Source: Gemmatimonadales bacterium (GTDB taxonomy: Bacteria; Gemmatimonadota; Gemmatimonadetes; Gemmatimonadales; GWC2-71-9). From it: DNA of 30,194 bases. Position 1 is the stretch's first letter; each line of letters begins with the position of its first letter. The position numbers were made by a program, and so were the translations under genes. The notes under the pieces are model-generated. The model searched no databases. It saw nothing but the letters and a program-made list of their open reading frames with translations, and was not told where the DNA came from. The stretch is from positions 1 through 30,194 of the forward strand of contig JBDIWC010000045.1 in NCBI GenBank assembly GCA_039794085.1, written 5' to 3'. Positions 14,226-23,382 of this stretch are shown here, piece by piece.

Positions 14226-15512
14226 ATGGCCACGGTCAACAAGCGCGAATGGACCACCAAGGACGGCACCCTCCGCACCCGATGGGATGCGACGGTCTAC
14301 GTCCCGCCCCTCCGGGATCCCGAGACGGGGGAACCGACCGGCGGTGCCCCCCGGCTTCTCAGCAAGACCTTCCACCGGAAGGGGGATGCCGATGCCTGGG
14401 CCCGGGCGCAAGAGGGGCTCAAGGGGAGCGGGCGCTCCCCGGTCGTCACCCGACAGACGCTGGCCCAATACCTGACCGGATGGTTGGAGACGAGCGTCGC
14501 CGGGCAGGTGCGGCGCGTCACCTTCGACAGCTACCGGGCGAGTGTGAGCCGATGGATCCTCAAACCGACCAATGGCGCTCCTCCCATCGGCTCGGTGCCC
14601 CTGCGGCGCTTGAGCGTCCATTCCTTCGACGCCCTGTACACCTATATGGCCGAGTACGGCCTCCGGCGCGAGATCAAGTACCTCCACGGGATCGTGAAGC
14701 GGGCGCTCCGGGACGCGGTCAAGAGGAACATCCTCCCCTCCAATCCGGCCGAGTATGCGAGCGTGCCGAAGGCCGATGCGTCGGGAGAGGTCGAGGCCGC
14801 CGAGGGCGTGGGAAAGACGATGACCCGGGAGGAGGCCGGACGGTTTCTCCTCTGCGCGCGGGTGGAGAGGTTGAGTGCCCTCTGGCACGTCCTCCTGACG
14901 GGCGGTCTCCGGCCTTCGGAGGCCTTCGCCCTTCGGTGGGCGGATGTGGACTTCGGGGAAGGAGCGGTGGACGTCAAGCGGACCCTGACGCGGAGCGTCG
15001 ACCGGAAAAAGCACCCTGCGGGGTGGGCCTTCGCCCGCCCCAAGACGGCCAAGAGCCGCCGCCACGTTCCTCTCCCCGCCGTCACCATGAGGGAGCTACG
15101 GGCGTGGCGGGGGATCCAGAACCAAGAGCGTCTTCTCCTCGGTCCTGAATGGCAGGATCATGGCCTTCTGTTCACGACGGAGTTCGGCACCCCCCTCGAC
15201 CTGTCCAACCTCCGCACCGGCTCCTTCCGCCGCGTGATGGAAGGGGCGGGGCTCGGGACATGGGGACCGGAGAGGCGGAAGCCTCGGAGCGGCCCGACCG
15301 CTCGGAGACCCTTCACTCCCTCCCACCGGATCTATGACCTCCGCCATACCTGCGCCTCGCTCCTCCTCATGGATGGCGAGGACCTTCTGACCGTGAGTCG
15401 GAGGCTCGGCCATAGCACCATCACCCTCACGGCCGATACCTATGCCCACGTCGCTCCCCAAAGGGCCGAGGCGGCCGCGGCCCGCTTCGACAAGATGTTC
15501 GGGACGGCGTAA
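14226..15512 (+). CDS. int: Tyrosine recombinase / phage-type integrase
   Basis: Arm-binding N-terminus, SAM-like core and catalytic motifs GLRPSE (R), PKT (K), YDLRH, LGHS and TYAH (Y); next to attR. Confidence 0.95.
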   Translation: MATVNKREWTTKDGTLRTRWDATVYVPPLRDPETGEPTGGAPRLLSKTFHRKGDADAWARAQEGLKGSGRSPVVTRQTLAQYLTGWLETSVAGQVRRVTFDSYRASVSRWILKPTNGAPPIGSVPLRRLSVHSFDALYTYMAEYGLRREIKYLHGIVKRALRDAVKRNILPSNPAEYASVPKADASGEVEAAEGVGKTMTREEAGRFLLCARVERLSALWHVLLTGGLRPSEAFALRWADVDFGEGAVDVKRTLTRSVDRKKHPAGWAFARPKTAKSRRHVPLPAVTMRELRAWRGIQNQERLLLGPEWQDHGLLFTTEFGTPLDLSNLRTGSFRRVMEGAGLGTWGPERRKPRSGPTARRPFTPSHRIYDLRHTCASLLLMDGEDLLTVSRRLGHSTITLTADTYAHVAPQRAEAAAARFDKMFGTA

Positions 15513-15547
15513 GGGACCTTCCCTCCTTCGCCCTCGCGCTTTCATAC

Positions 15548-15608
15548 TCCTCTAGGGTCGGGTAATTACTGCCCCCTCGCCTTCTTGTTCCTCTAGGGGC
15601 GGGTAATT
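15548..15608 (+). repeat. 20-bp direct repeat in the right att arm
   Basis: TCCTCTAGGG(T/G)CGGGTAATT at 15548-15567 and 15589-15608. Confidence 0.8.
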
Positions 15609-15660
15609 CCCTTTCCATACCCTTCTTGGCGTCCGTAGAGGACCCCCCGAACACCAAAAA

Positions 15661-15680
15661 TATCCATAGTCTATCCATAG
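15661..15680 (+). repeat. Integrase arm-type sites (right pair)
   Basis: TATCCATAG at 15661-15669 and 15672-15680. Confidence 0.75.
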
Positions 15681-15797
15681 TCCGAGGCCAAAAACGACCC
15701 AAGAAGGCCAAACGGCCAACTTTTTCCTACTCCGTATCTGATTGTAAAATAAGGCACTTACACGCTAGGCCCAAAAGGGCCAGAGACCGGGGGGCAA

Positions 15798-15842
15798 ACT
15801 CTTAATCACTAGGTTGTAGGTTCGATTCCTACGCGGCGCACT
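15798..15842 (+). repeat. attR core (duplicated 3' half of tRNA-Lys)
   Basis: 45/45 identity with 2847-2891. Confidence 0.95.
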
Positions 15843-15845
15843 GGA

Positions 15846-15995
15846 CCCTCACCCCCCGTCCCCCTCTCCCGCACGCGGGAGAGGGGGGGGCTTGGCCTCC
15901 ATTTCCCTGCCGACAACCGATCCGCCGACCCGCCCCCTGATCTTCAGGTGCCGTTCCCCTCTCCCACTCTGTGGGAGAGGGGTCAGGGGTGAGGG
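15846..15995. repeat. Inverted pair of REP-like palindromes (CCCTCACCCC..CCCTCTCCC..GGGAGAGGG)
   Basis: Copy at 15846-15887 and inverted copy at 15956-15995, each with an internal hairpin. Confidence 0.8.
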
Positions 15996-16036
15996 CCACC
16001 GCTGGCCCTCCGACGTCGGTCGGGGTAGAATGCAGC

Positions 16037-17347
16037 ATGACTTCCATCCTGCCCGATACCCTCGACTTCGGCCCTCCTGAGCCCCTGGCCGCTTCCTGCT
16101 CCGCCCGGGCCCGTGGGATGCGCGCCTCCGAAATCCTGCAGATCGCCTCCGAGATCCGGACACTCCAGGCCGAGGGACGCCCCATCTGCAACCTGACCGT
16201 GGGCGACTTCGATCCCCGGCAGTTTCCGATTCCCGAGGTCCTCCGAACCGGGGTCCAGGCGGCACTCGATGCCCACGAGACCAACTATCCCCCCGGCGAC
16301 GGCCTTCCCGTCCTGCGGGACGCCATCCGCGCCTACGTCCAGCGGGAACACGGGGTCGAGTATCCCCGCGAGGCCATTCTGGTCACCAGCGGCTCCCGGC
16401 CCGTTCTCTACGCGGCCTTTCGCACCCTCGTCGATCCCGGGGACCGGGTCATCTACCCGGTTCCGTCCTGGAACAACCAACCCTACAGTTGGCTTGTGGG
16501 TGCGGAGCCGGTGGAGATTCCCACCACACGGGCCACGGGGTTTCAGCCCACGGCGGATCAGATCATCCCTCTCCTTCCCGGAGCCCGGCTGCTCTCCCTC
16601 TGCACGCCCGCCAACCCGACCGGGACGATCATCCCGCCGGACACCATGGAGGCGATTCTCCGCGCGGTGGTGGAGGAGAACCAGCGTCGTCTCGTCCGGG
16701 GAGAGCGCCTCCTGTTCGTTCTGCATGACCAGGTCTATGGTTCGTTTGTGTTCGGAGAGGCCCGCCACGTTCACCCTCTCGCCCTGGTGCCGGAAGCGGC
16801 CCCGTACCTGATCTCTCTCGATGGAATCTCCAAGGCGTTTGCGGCGACCGGACTCCGGGTCGGGTGGTCGATGGCTCCGCCCGTGATCAGCGCCCGCATG
16901 CGCGATCTCCTCGCGCACGTGGGCGCCTGGGCTCCCCGGCCCGAACAGGTCGCCACGGCGGCCTTCCTGGCGGATGAGGACGCTGTGGCGGCGTTTCGGG
17001 CCAGCACCAATGCCGGGGTGGAGGCTCGGCTGACGGCTCTGACTGCCGGGGTCCGGGCCCTGCAGGCGGAGGGGTTCCCGGTGGACTGTGTCGATCCTCA
17101 GGGGGCGATCTACCTCTCCCTCCGTCTCGACCTGGTGGGACGGTCGCTCGGCGGGCAGATGATCCAAAACAATGAAGCGGTTCGGCGCCTCGTGCTGGAG
17201 CGGGCCGGTTGGGCCGTCGTCCCGTTTCAGGCCTTCGGACTGGACGAGGATTCCGGCTGGTTCCGGCTCTCGGTCGGGGCTGTGTCCCTGACCGACATCG
17301 AGACCGCCTTTCCCCGCATCCGGGCCATGCTGCAGGAGATCGAGTAG
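16037..17347 (+). CDS. PLP-dependent aminotransferase class I/II (aspartate aminotransferase-like)
   Basis: NLTVGDFD, PANPTG, DQVY, GISKAFAATGLRVGW; TAGAAT just upstream suggests a leaderless start. Confidence 0.92.
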   Translation: MTSILPDTLDFGPPEPLAASCSARARGMRASEILQIASEIRTLQAEGRPICNLTVGDFDPRQFPIPEVLRTGVQAALDAHETNYPPGDGLPVLRDAIRAYVQREHGVEYPREAILVTSGSRPVLYAAFRTLVDPGDRVIYPVPSWNNQPYSWLVGAEPVEIPTTRATGFQPTADQIIPLLPGARLLSLCTPANPTGTIIPPDTMEAILRAVVEENQRRLVRGERLLFVLHDQVYGSFVFGEARHVHPLALVPEAAPYLISLDGISKAFAATGLRVGWSMAPPVISARMRDLLAHVGAWAPRPEQVATAAFLADEDAVAAFRASTNAGVEARLTALTAGVRALQAEGFPVDCVDPQGAIYLSLRLDLVGRSLGGQMIQNNEAVRRLVLERAGWAVVPFQAFGLDEDSGWFRLSVGAVSLTDIETAFPRIRAMLQEIE

Positions 17348-17408
17348 CGGATCCCTCGGGCATACCCCTTGCTGTGCCGCGAAGCATCCTCTTTCTGTCC
17401 AGGGCATC

Positions 17409-18416
17409 ATGCGCATTCTCGTCACCGGCGGGGCCGGCTACATCGGAACTCACACCTGTGTGGAACTGCTGGCCGCGGGCCATGACATCACCGTGGTCGA
17501 CAACCTCGTCAACAGCAAGGAAGAGGCGCTTCGCCGAGTCGAGGCGATCGCGGGGCGGTCGATCACCTTTCACCGGGAGGACCTCCTCGACCGGGTGGCA
17601 CTGGACCGGATCATGGGGGAATCGCAGCCCGATGCCGTGATCCACTTCGCCGCGCTCAAGGCCGTCGGGGAATCGGTCGCCCAGCCGGTGCGCTATTACA
17701 CAAACAATGTGACGGGGACCCTGAACCTCTGCGCCAGCATGGCGGACCAGGGAGTGCGGACGCTCCTGTTCAGCTCGTCGGCCACGGTGTATGGCATTCC
17801 GGACCAGGTGCCGATCCGGGAGGAGGCTCCGCTCCGGTCCACCAATCCGTACGGGTGGTCCAAGGTCATGATGGAACAGGTGCTGCAGGACGTGCATCGG
17901 GCGGATCCCACCTGGCGCATCGGCATCCTGCGGTACTTCAACCCGGTGGGAGCCCATGCCAGTGGAACCATCGGTGAGGACCCCACCGGCGTTCCGAACA
18001 ACCTCTTCCCCTATGTGACACGGGTGGGGGTGGGGAAGCTCGACCGGGTGCGGATCTATGGCGGAGACTACCCGACGGCCGACGGGACGGGAGTGCGCGA
18101 TTATATCCATGTCGAGGATCTCGCCCTGGGTCACCTCCGGGCTCTGGAGCAGCTGGTCGCCACCGGGGGGGTGCAGGTCTGCAACCTGGGTACCGGCCGG
18201 GGCTACAGCGTGCTCGAGGTCATCGCGGCGTTCGAGCGCGTGGTGGGACGCCCGATCCCGCACGAGATCGTTCCCCGCCGACCGGGCGACGTGGCCGAGT
18301 GTTACGCTGATCCTGGCCGGGCTCGAACCCTCCTCGGCTGGGTGGCCCGGCACGACCTCGACCGCATGTGTGCCGACTCCTGGCGCTGGCAAACCGCCAA
18401 CCCCACCGGGTACTGA
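17409..18416 (+). CDS. galE: UDP-glucose 4-epimerase
   Basis: GGAGYIG, HFAALKAVGES, SSSATVYG, YGWSK, LRYFNPVGAH, DGTGVRDYIHV. Confidence 0.96.
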   Translation: MRILVTGGAGYIGTHTCVELLAAGHDITVVDNLVNSKEEALRRVEAIAGRSITFHREDLLDRVALDRIMGESQPDAVIHFAALKAVGESVAQPVRYYTNNVTGTLNLCASMADQGVRTLLFSSSATVYGIPDQVPIREEAPLRSTNPYGWSKVMMEQVLQDVHRADPTWRIGILRYFNPVGAHASGTIGEDPTGVPNNLFPYVTRVGVGKLDRVRIYGGDYPTADGTGVRDYIHVEDLALGHLRALEQLVATGGVQVCNLGTGRGYSVLEVIAAFERVVGRPIPHEIVPRRPGDVAECYADPGRARTLLGWVARHDLDRMCADSWRWQTANPTGY

Positions 18417-18591
18417 CCGGAACCCGGTCCGGCCGGAAGGATATTGGTACCGGATCGCCCCACACCTCCCCGCCTCCCCGCCTCCCCGCCTCCTCCACCC
18501 CCCGGGGGACAGGGTGGCATCTTTCTCCCCCCGACCTCACATTGCAGGAAGGCCCCGGGCGCGCCGTGGCCGTCATGCATGAACTCGGAGG

Positions 18592-19488
18592 GTGATCACG
18601 GTGGAGCGCATACGTGTCGCATCGGTCCAGTATTTCATCCGTCCCGTCACCACCTTCGAGGCCTTCCGCGATCAGGTGGAGGGCCTGGTGGACACGGCTG
18701 CGGACTACAAATGCACCCTCATGGTCCTTCCCGAGTACTTCACGCTGCAGCTTCTCACCTTGGGTGACGTGCGGCGCCCCATCCGCGACCAGATCATGGC
18801 ACTGGCCGATCAGGTGGAGGTCTTCGTGGATCTCATGGGCGGTCTCGCGAAGAAACATGGGATCTACATTGCGGCCGGAACCATACCCGTTCACCGGGAC
18901 GGCAACGGGCGTGTGACCAATGAATGCTTCCTGTTCAACCCCCGGGGTGACCATGGGGTACAGGGCAAGCTGCACATGACGCGGTTCGAGTCGGAAGAGT
19001 GGATGGTGACCCCGAACGACGTGCTCAAGGTGTTCGAGACCTCCTTCGGTCGCATTGCCATCGCGATCTGCTACGACGTGGAGTTCCCCGAGATTGTGCG
19101 CGCGGCGGCGCGGGAACAGGTGCACATCCTCCTGGTTCCGAGTTGCACCGACGACCGGCAGGGATTCTTCCGGGTTCGCTACTGTGCCCATGCCCGGGCG
19201 ATCGAGAACCAGATGTACGTGGTGCACTCGTGCACCGTCGGGTCCCTGCCGATGGTCCCGGCCGTCTCTCTCAACTACGGCTGGGCCTCCATCCTCACGC
19301 CCAGCGACTTCGCCTTCTCCCGGGACGGAATCCTGGCGGAAGGCAATCCCAACCAGGAGATGATGGTGATCGGGGAATTGAACCTGAAGACCATCGGGGA
19401 ATCCCGGTCCGCGGGGACGGTCCTGCCGCTCTGGGACAGCCAGCGCTCGTCGGAGATTGCCCGCAGCACGGAGCGGATCGTTTTGTGA
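18592..19488 (+). CDS. Carbon-nitrogen hydrolase (nitrilase family)
   Basis: E-K-C triad in LPEY, GKLH and ICYDVEFPE; 'ARAIENQ'; GGAGG RBS. Confidence 0.92.
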   Translation: MITVERIRVASVQYFIRPVTTFEAFRDQVEGLVDTAADYKCTLMVLPEYFTLQLLTLGDVRRPIRDQIMALADQVEVFVDLMGGLAKKHGIYIAAGTIPVHRDGNGRVTNECFLFNPRGDHGVQGKLHMTRFESEEWMVTPNDVLKVFETSFGRIAIAICYDVEFPEIVRAAAREQVHILLVPSCTDDRQGFFRVRYCAHARAIENQMYVVHSCTVGSLPMVPAVSLNYGWASILTPSDFAFSRDGILAEGNPNQEMMVIGELNLKTIGESRSAGTVLPLWDSQRSSEIARSTERIVL

Positions 19489-20180
19489 CCGAGTGGATCG
19501 TCCGGCCGGCCCGTCCCGAGGATGTCCCCGAGATCATCGCGCTCTGCCGTGCGGTCTATCCCGACTCCCCGGCCTGGACCCGGGAACAGCTGCTGCATCA
19601 CCAGGAGATCTTTCCCGAGGGACAGCTCGTGGCGACCGACCCCGCCACCGGTGCCGTCGTGGGGTATGCCGCCAGTCTCGTGGTGCTCTGGGATGACTAT
19701 CACCTGGATGACTGCTGGCGCGACTTCACCGAGGGTGGCATGTTCACCAACCACGATCCCGAGGCGGGTCACACGCTCTATGGCGCCGAGGTGATGAGCG
19801 ATCCGGCGCGGCGCGGCCGGGGAATCGGCAAGGCACTCTACGCCGCCCGCCGGACTCTGGTGAAGCGGTTGGGGCTTTGGAGGATTCGAGCCGGGGCCCG
19901 CCTGCGGGGCTACCACCGGGTGGCGGACCAGATGACGCCCGAGCAGTACCTGGCGGCGGTCGTGGAGGGTCGGCTCACGGATCCCACCCTCACCTTTCAA
20001 CTGGCCCAGGGATTTCGGCCCGTGGCCCTGGTGCGGGATTACCTGCGACACGATCCGGAAAGCCTCGGCCACGCGGTGGTGATCGAGTGGCTCGATCCCG
20101 CGACGGCTCCCGGTTCGGCCGATCAGGACCCGGCGGGACCCTCGGCCATGTCCGCCCCGAGCGGCGATGAGACCGCATGA
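19485..20180 (+). CDS. GNAT family N-acetyltransferase
   Basis: 'FPEGQLVA', 'HDPEAGHTLYGAEV', acetyl-CoA motif RGRGIG, 'DPTLTFQL'; GTGA overlap with the upstream gene. Confidence 0.88.
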   Translation: MTEWIVRPARPEDVPEIIALCRAVYPDSPAWTREQLLHHQEIFPEGQLVATDPATGAVVGYAASLVVLWDDYHLDDCWRDFTEGGMFTNHDPEAGHTLYGAEVMSDPARRGRGIGKALYAARRTLVKRLGLWRIRAGARLRGYHRVADQMTPEQYLAAVVEGRLTDPTLTFQLAQGFRPVALVRDYLRHDPESLGHAVVIEWLDPATAPGSADQDPAGPSAMSAPSGDETA

Positions 20181-20424
20181 TCCCGGAAGACATCCTCTAC
20201 GTTCTGCTGCCCTTCGTTCTGTTCGTCGTTCCCCGGATTCTGGTGCGGGACCGTCTCCCGACCGCCATCACCAGCCTGCTGCCCGGTGCGTTGACCGCCG
20301 GTTCAACCTGTTCGATCACGACACCACCGTGGCCCTCCTCGCCCGCTTCGGGATCGTCGCGCTCTTCCTCTTCGCCGGACTCGAAATCGAGGTGGGCGGG
20401 CTCCGCGCGGGGGCCCGGGTCCTC
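20177..20424 (+). pseudogene. Frameshifted, truncated cation:proton antiporter
   Basis: One frame reads 'YVLLPFVLFVVPRIL.R.RLPTAITSLL'; another continues 'HDTTVALLARFGIVALFLFAGLEIE..LR', typical of CPA N-termini; the similarity then stops. Confidence 0.7.
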
Positions 20425-20867
20425 GAGCCATCCCCGGCGATCCCCTCTCTCCTACGCCGGCGGTTCGGGATCCGGGGGCACCGGCCGAGGGGGAGATGCG
20501 GGGCCATCATAAGACCGAAAGGGGGTCCACAGCACCCACACCTCGCACGACATGTCGGGAAGCATGGGGGCTCCCACCAGCGGCCCCTTGGGAGCGAGAC
20601 ACTTCCCCGATGCCTGCCTCCGCGGAACGGTGATGCGCAGCTTGGCCAGATCCTCGGTGCGAGTACCCCCCCAATGCTCACAGGTGGCACAGCGCCGAGC
20701 GCGAAAGAAAAATCCTGGTGGTCCGGGCACGTCACTCTCCAGCTGAATGGACCCCCCAATATGGGGGAATATCGTGAACCAACCTTGAACTGACCCCGCA
20801 ACCCCCGGAAACCACCCCGGCGCCAAGCTTGGCAGGCGTTTCCTACCGGTAGTCGTATCAATAATGG

Positions 20868-20914
20868 AATCAATGAATTAAAATAATTGACGAAATATCA
20901 GGAAATAATATATT
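20868..20914 (+). promoter_or_regulatory. AT-rich promoter with IHF-like site, probably leaderless
   Basis: AATCAATGAATTA (20868-20880); TTGACG-N16-TATATT ending 6 bp before the ATG at 20921. Confidence 0.55.
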
Positions 20915-20920
20915 ACCCAG

Positions 20921-21583
20921 ATGAAGCCGGGCAGACCGAAACTCCCCCTCCCGCCACCGACCCGGCTCCTGACTGTCCGGGTCCGGCTCCTCCTCGATTC
21001 CGCCCATGCCGGGAACATTCGGGAGGCATCCCGCTTTGCCTCGATACCCTATGCCACGCTGCGGGATCTCTACCGGGGAAGTGTCACGGACCCCGGTCTC
21101 GACACCCTCCAGCGGCTGGCAACTCCCTACGGAATCGGCCCCGAATGGTTCCTCGACACCGGCACCGAAGGTGTCCCCGGACCCGTTGCCCATCGCGGAC
21201 TCCTCCCTGCGGACCCCGATCTCTCGGCCCGGCATCGGGAGGGGCGGGAAGTCGAGATCCCCCTCGCCGCCCGGTCCCTCTACCAGGTCTACGGCACACT
21301 CTGGTCCCACCTGACGGTACTCCCCCCGACCCGCGACCGGCCCATCCTCGGAGGAGCCCGGGATTCTGACGAATGCCGGCGCCGACTCACGACCTTTCTC
21401 CTGTCACCCCTTCTCGGGGCCCAGTCCCTGGGAGAATCCGTGCTCCGGACGTCCCCCCCTCTTCGGAAGAAACCTGACCCGGACGAGTGGGTGGAGCTGC
21501 TCCAGGCACTCGGCGTCCTGTGGGAGAGGGCACTGCCGGAACTCCTGCGGCGGGCCGGACGAGGGGCGACTTGTCCGGGATGA
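20921..21583 (+). CDS. XRE/cro-C1-type HTH protein
   Basis: 'GNIREASRFASIPYATLRDLYRG...PGLDTLQRLATPYGIGPEWF'. Confidence 0.7.
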   Translation: MKPGRPKLPLPPPTRLLTVRVRLLLDSAHAGNIREASRFASIPYATLRDLYRGSVTDPGLDTLQRLATPYGIGPEWFLDTGTEGVPGPVAHRGLLPADPDLSARHREGREVEIPLAARSLYQVYGTLWSHLTVLPPTRDRPILGGARDSDECRRRLTTFLLSPLLGAQSLGESVLRTSPPLRKKPDPDEWVELLQALGVLWERALPELLRRAGRGATCPG

Positions 21584-23382
21584 CCGTCGACCCGCAGACC
21601 CATTACCGAACCCGGGAAGATGCCGCATCCCGGCTCGTGGCCCGGCTCGACCACCGGGACCGCCGGATCAGCGCCGCGCGCGGTGGGCTCTTCGTCCTGG
21701 CGGCGCTGTTCACCTGGTTTGCCGTCACCGCCTCCTTCCCCGCCTGGGCGGTCCTGGTTCCTGTGGTTGGATTCGTTGTCCTCGCGGTTCTCCACGGACG
21801 GGTTGCCCGGGCCCTCGGGAACGCACGACGGGCGGAGTGGTATGCGCGGGACAGAAGAGCGAGGGCTGAGGGAGCGTGGGATGGAAAGTGCCCGGGGCCA
21901 AAACCGGACCCTCCTCCCGACCACCCGGCGGTGGACGGGCTCGATCTTCTGGTGCCGGGCGGAGTTTTCGATTTGCTCGGACCCGTGGCCACTCCCTTCG
22001 GTGCTGCGACCCTCGGAGCCTGGCTTCTGGAGCAGGGGCGGGAGGTTCCCGTGGAACGTCGCCAGGCGGTGCAGGTGCTGGCGGGTGATCCCGACATCAC
22101 CGAGCGGCTCTTTCTCGCGGCGGCGGAGGTCCGGCCGGTGGATGTCGATACGGTGACCGCGTGGGCCAGGGCGGAGGTTCCGGCGCCGGGACGGACGCTT
22201 CGCTGGACCGTGGCGGGGATCATGGGGATGACGCTGGCCACCTTCGCATGGGCTCTCATGGGAGGGCCCCCCCTGGCGCCGGTCGGTGCTCTCCTGCTAC
22301 AGACCGTGATTGCGCTCCGTCTTCGCCGACAGGTCCAGGAGGCGATTCACGGAGTCGAGCCGCCTCTACAGGCGCTCGCACGGCTGGCCCCGGTGTTCCG
22401 AGTGGCCGAAACGCTGGTGACCTTGCCCTCCCTCCGGAATGCGGAATGGCTCGGCGGGGTGGTGGGGGAGTCGTTGGTGTCGGGACGATCCCTCCCCTCC
22501 CATCAGTTGCTCTTCCTTCGGCGGTTGGTGGCGCTGCTCGACTCCCGCCGCAACCAGCTTTTTGCCTTGGTGGCGCCCCTCCTGCTCTGGACCACCCAGT
22601 GGGGCCTTGCCCTTGCCGCCTGGCGAGCCCGGTCGGGACCCCTCCTCCTCGACTGGTGCCGGGCCTTGGGAGAGCTCGATGCCCTTGCCGCACTGGGACG
22701 CCACACGTTCGAGCACCCCGAGGACGTCTTCCCCGAATGGGTTCCTCCCGGGGACGGCGCGGTTCTCCAAGCGGAGGGAGTCGCGCATCCGTTGCTCGGT
22801 GGTTCCGCCGTCCGGAACGACGTGACACTCGGCCCCCCCGGGCTCCTGCTCATCAGCGGGTCGAACATGGCGGGAAAGAGCACTCTGTTGCGCGCCGTGG
22901 GGGTCAATGCCGTGCTGGCGATGGCGGGGGCGCCGGTGCGGGCTCATCGGTTTCGGCTTACCCCCATGGCGGTGGGTACCTCCATCGGGATTCATGACTC
23001 CCTCCTCGACGGCCGGTCGCGCTTCCATGCGGAGGTGCTGCGCCTGCGGGAGATCGTGGATCTTCTCGAGGGCGACTCCCCCGTTCTCTTCCTTCTCGAT
23101 GAGTTGCTGAGCGGAACCAACTCGGCCGATCGAGTGGCCGGGGCCACCGCGGTGCTGGCCCACCTGCTCGATCATGGCGCGGTCGGTCTGGTGACGACCC
23201 ACGACCTTGCTCTGGCGCGGGCGTGCGAGAGCCTGGGTCCGCAGGCCGTCCAGGCCCACTTCGAGGATCAGGTCGTCGGCGACCGGATGGTGTTCGACTA
23301 TCGCCTGCGGCCGGGGCCACTGCCCCGGGGCAATGCCCTTGGAGTCATGCGCCTCGTGGGGCTTCCGGTCAGAGACGGATGA
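21580..23382 (+). CDS. Membrane-anchored MutS domain V ATPase (MutS-related)
   Basis: N-terminal TMs; HPLL, GSNMAGKST, SRFHAE, LLDELLSGTN, TTHDL, FDYRLRPG. Confidence 0.92.
   Translation: MTVDPQTHYRTREDAASRLVARLDHRDRRISAARGGLFVLAALFTWFAVTASFPAWAVLVPVVGFVVLAVLHGRVARALGNARRAEWYARDRRARAEGAWDGKCPGPKPDPPPDHPAVDGLDLLVPGGVFDLLGPVATPFGAATLGAWLLEQGREVPVERRQAVQVLAGDPDITERLFLAAAEVRPVDVDTVTAWARAEVPAPGRTLRWTVAGIMGMTLATFAWALMGGPPLAPVGALLLQTVIALRLRRQVQEAIHGVEPPLQALARLAPVFRVAETLVTLPSLRNAEWLGGVVGESLVSGRSLPSHQLLFLRRLVALLDSRRNQLFALVAPLLLWTTQWGLALAAWRARSGPLLLDWCRALGELDALAALGRHTFEHPEDVFPEWVPPGDGAVLQAEGVAHPLLGGSAVRNDVTLGPPGLLLISGSNMAGKSTLLRAVGVNAVLAMAGAPVRAHRFRLTPMAVGTSIGIHDSLLDGRSRFHAEVLRLREIVDLLEGDSPVLFLLDELLSGTNSADRVAGATAVLAHLLDHGAVGLVTTHDLALARACESLGPQAVQAHFEDQVVGDRMVFDYRLRPGPLPRGNALGVMRLVGLPVRDG

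Larger units (their letters stand above)
2847..15842 (+). mobile_element. tRNA-Lys-integrated genomic island (satellite-like integrative element), 12,951 bp between att cores
   Basis: Exact 45-bp direct repeat at both ends, tyrosine integrase next to the right end, excisionase next to the left end, and arm-type repeats inside both ends. Confidence 0.95.

Noticed and set aside
15798..15842. Second tRNA-Lys gene
   Set aside because: Only the 3' half is present, with no D-arm or 5' acceptor strand; it is attR.
2847..15842. Complete prophage or ICE
   Set aside because: No recognisable capsid, portal, TerL, tail, lysis, relaxase, coupling protein or T4SS genes.
15983..18392. Long minus-strand ORFs (480 and 501 aa)
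   Set aside because: Antisense shadows of the aminotransferase and galE, as expected in high-GC DNA.
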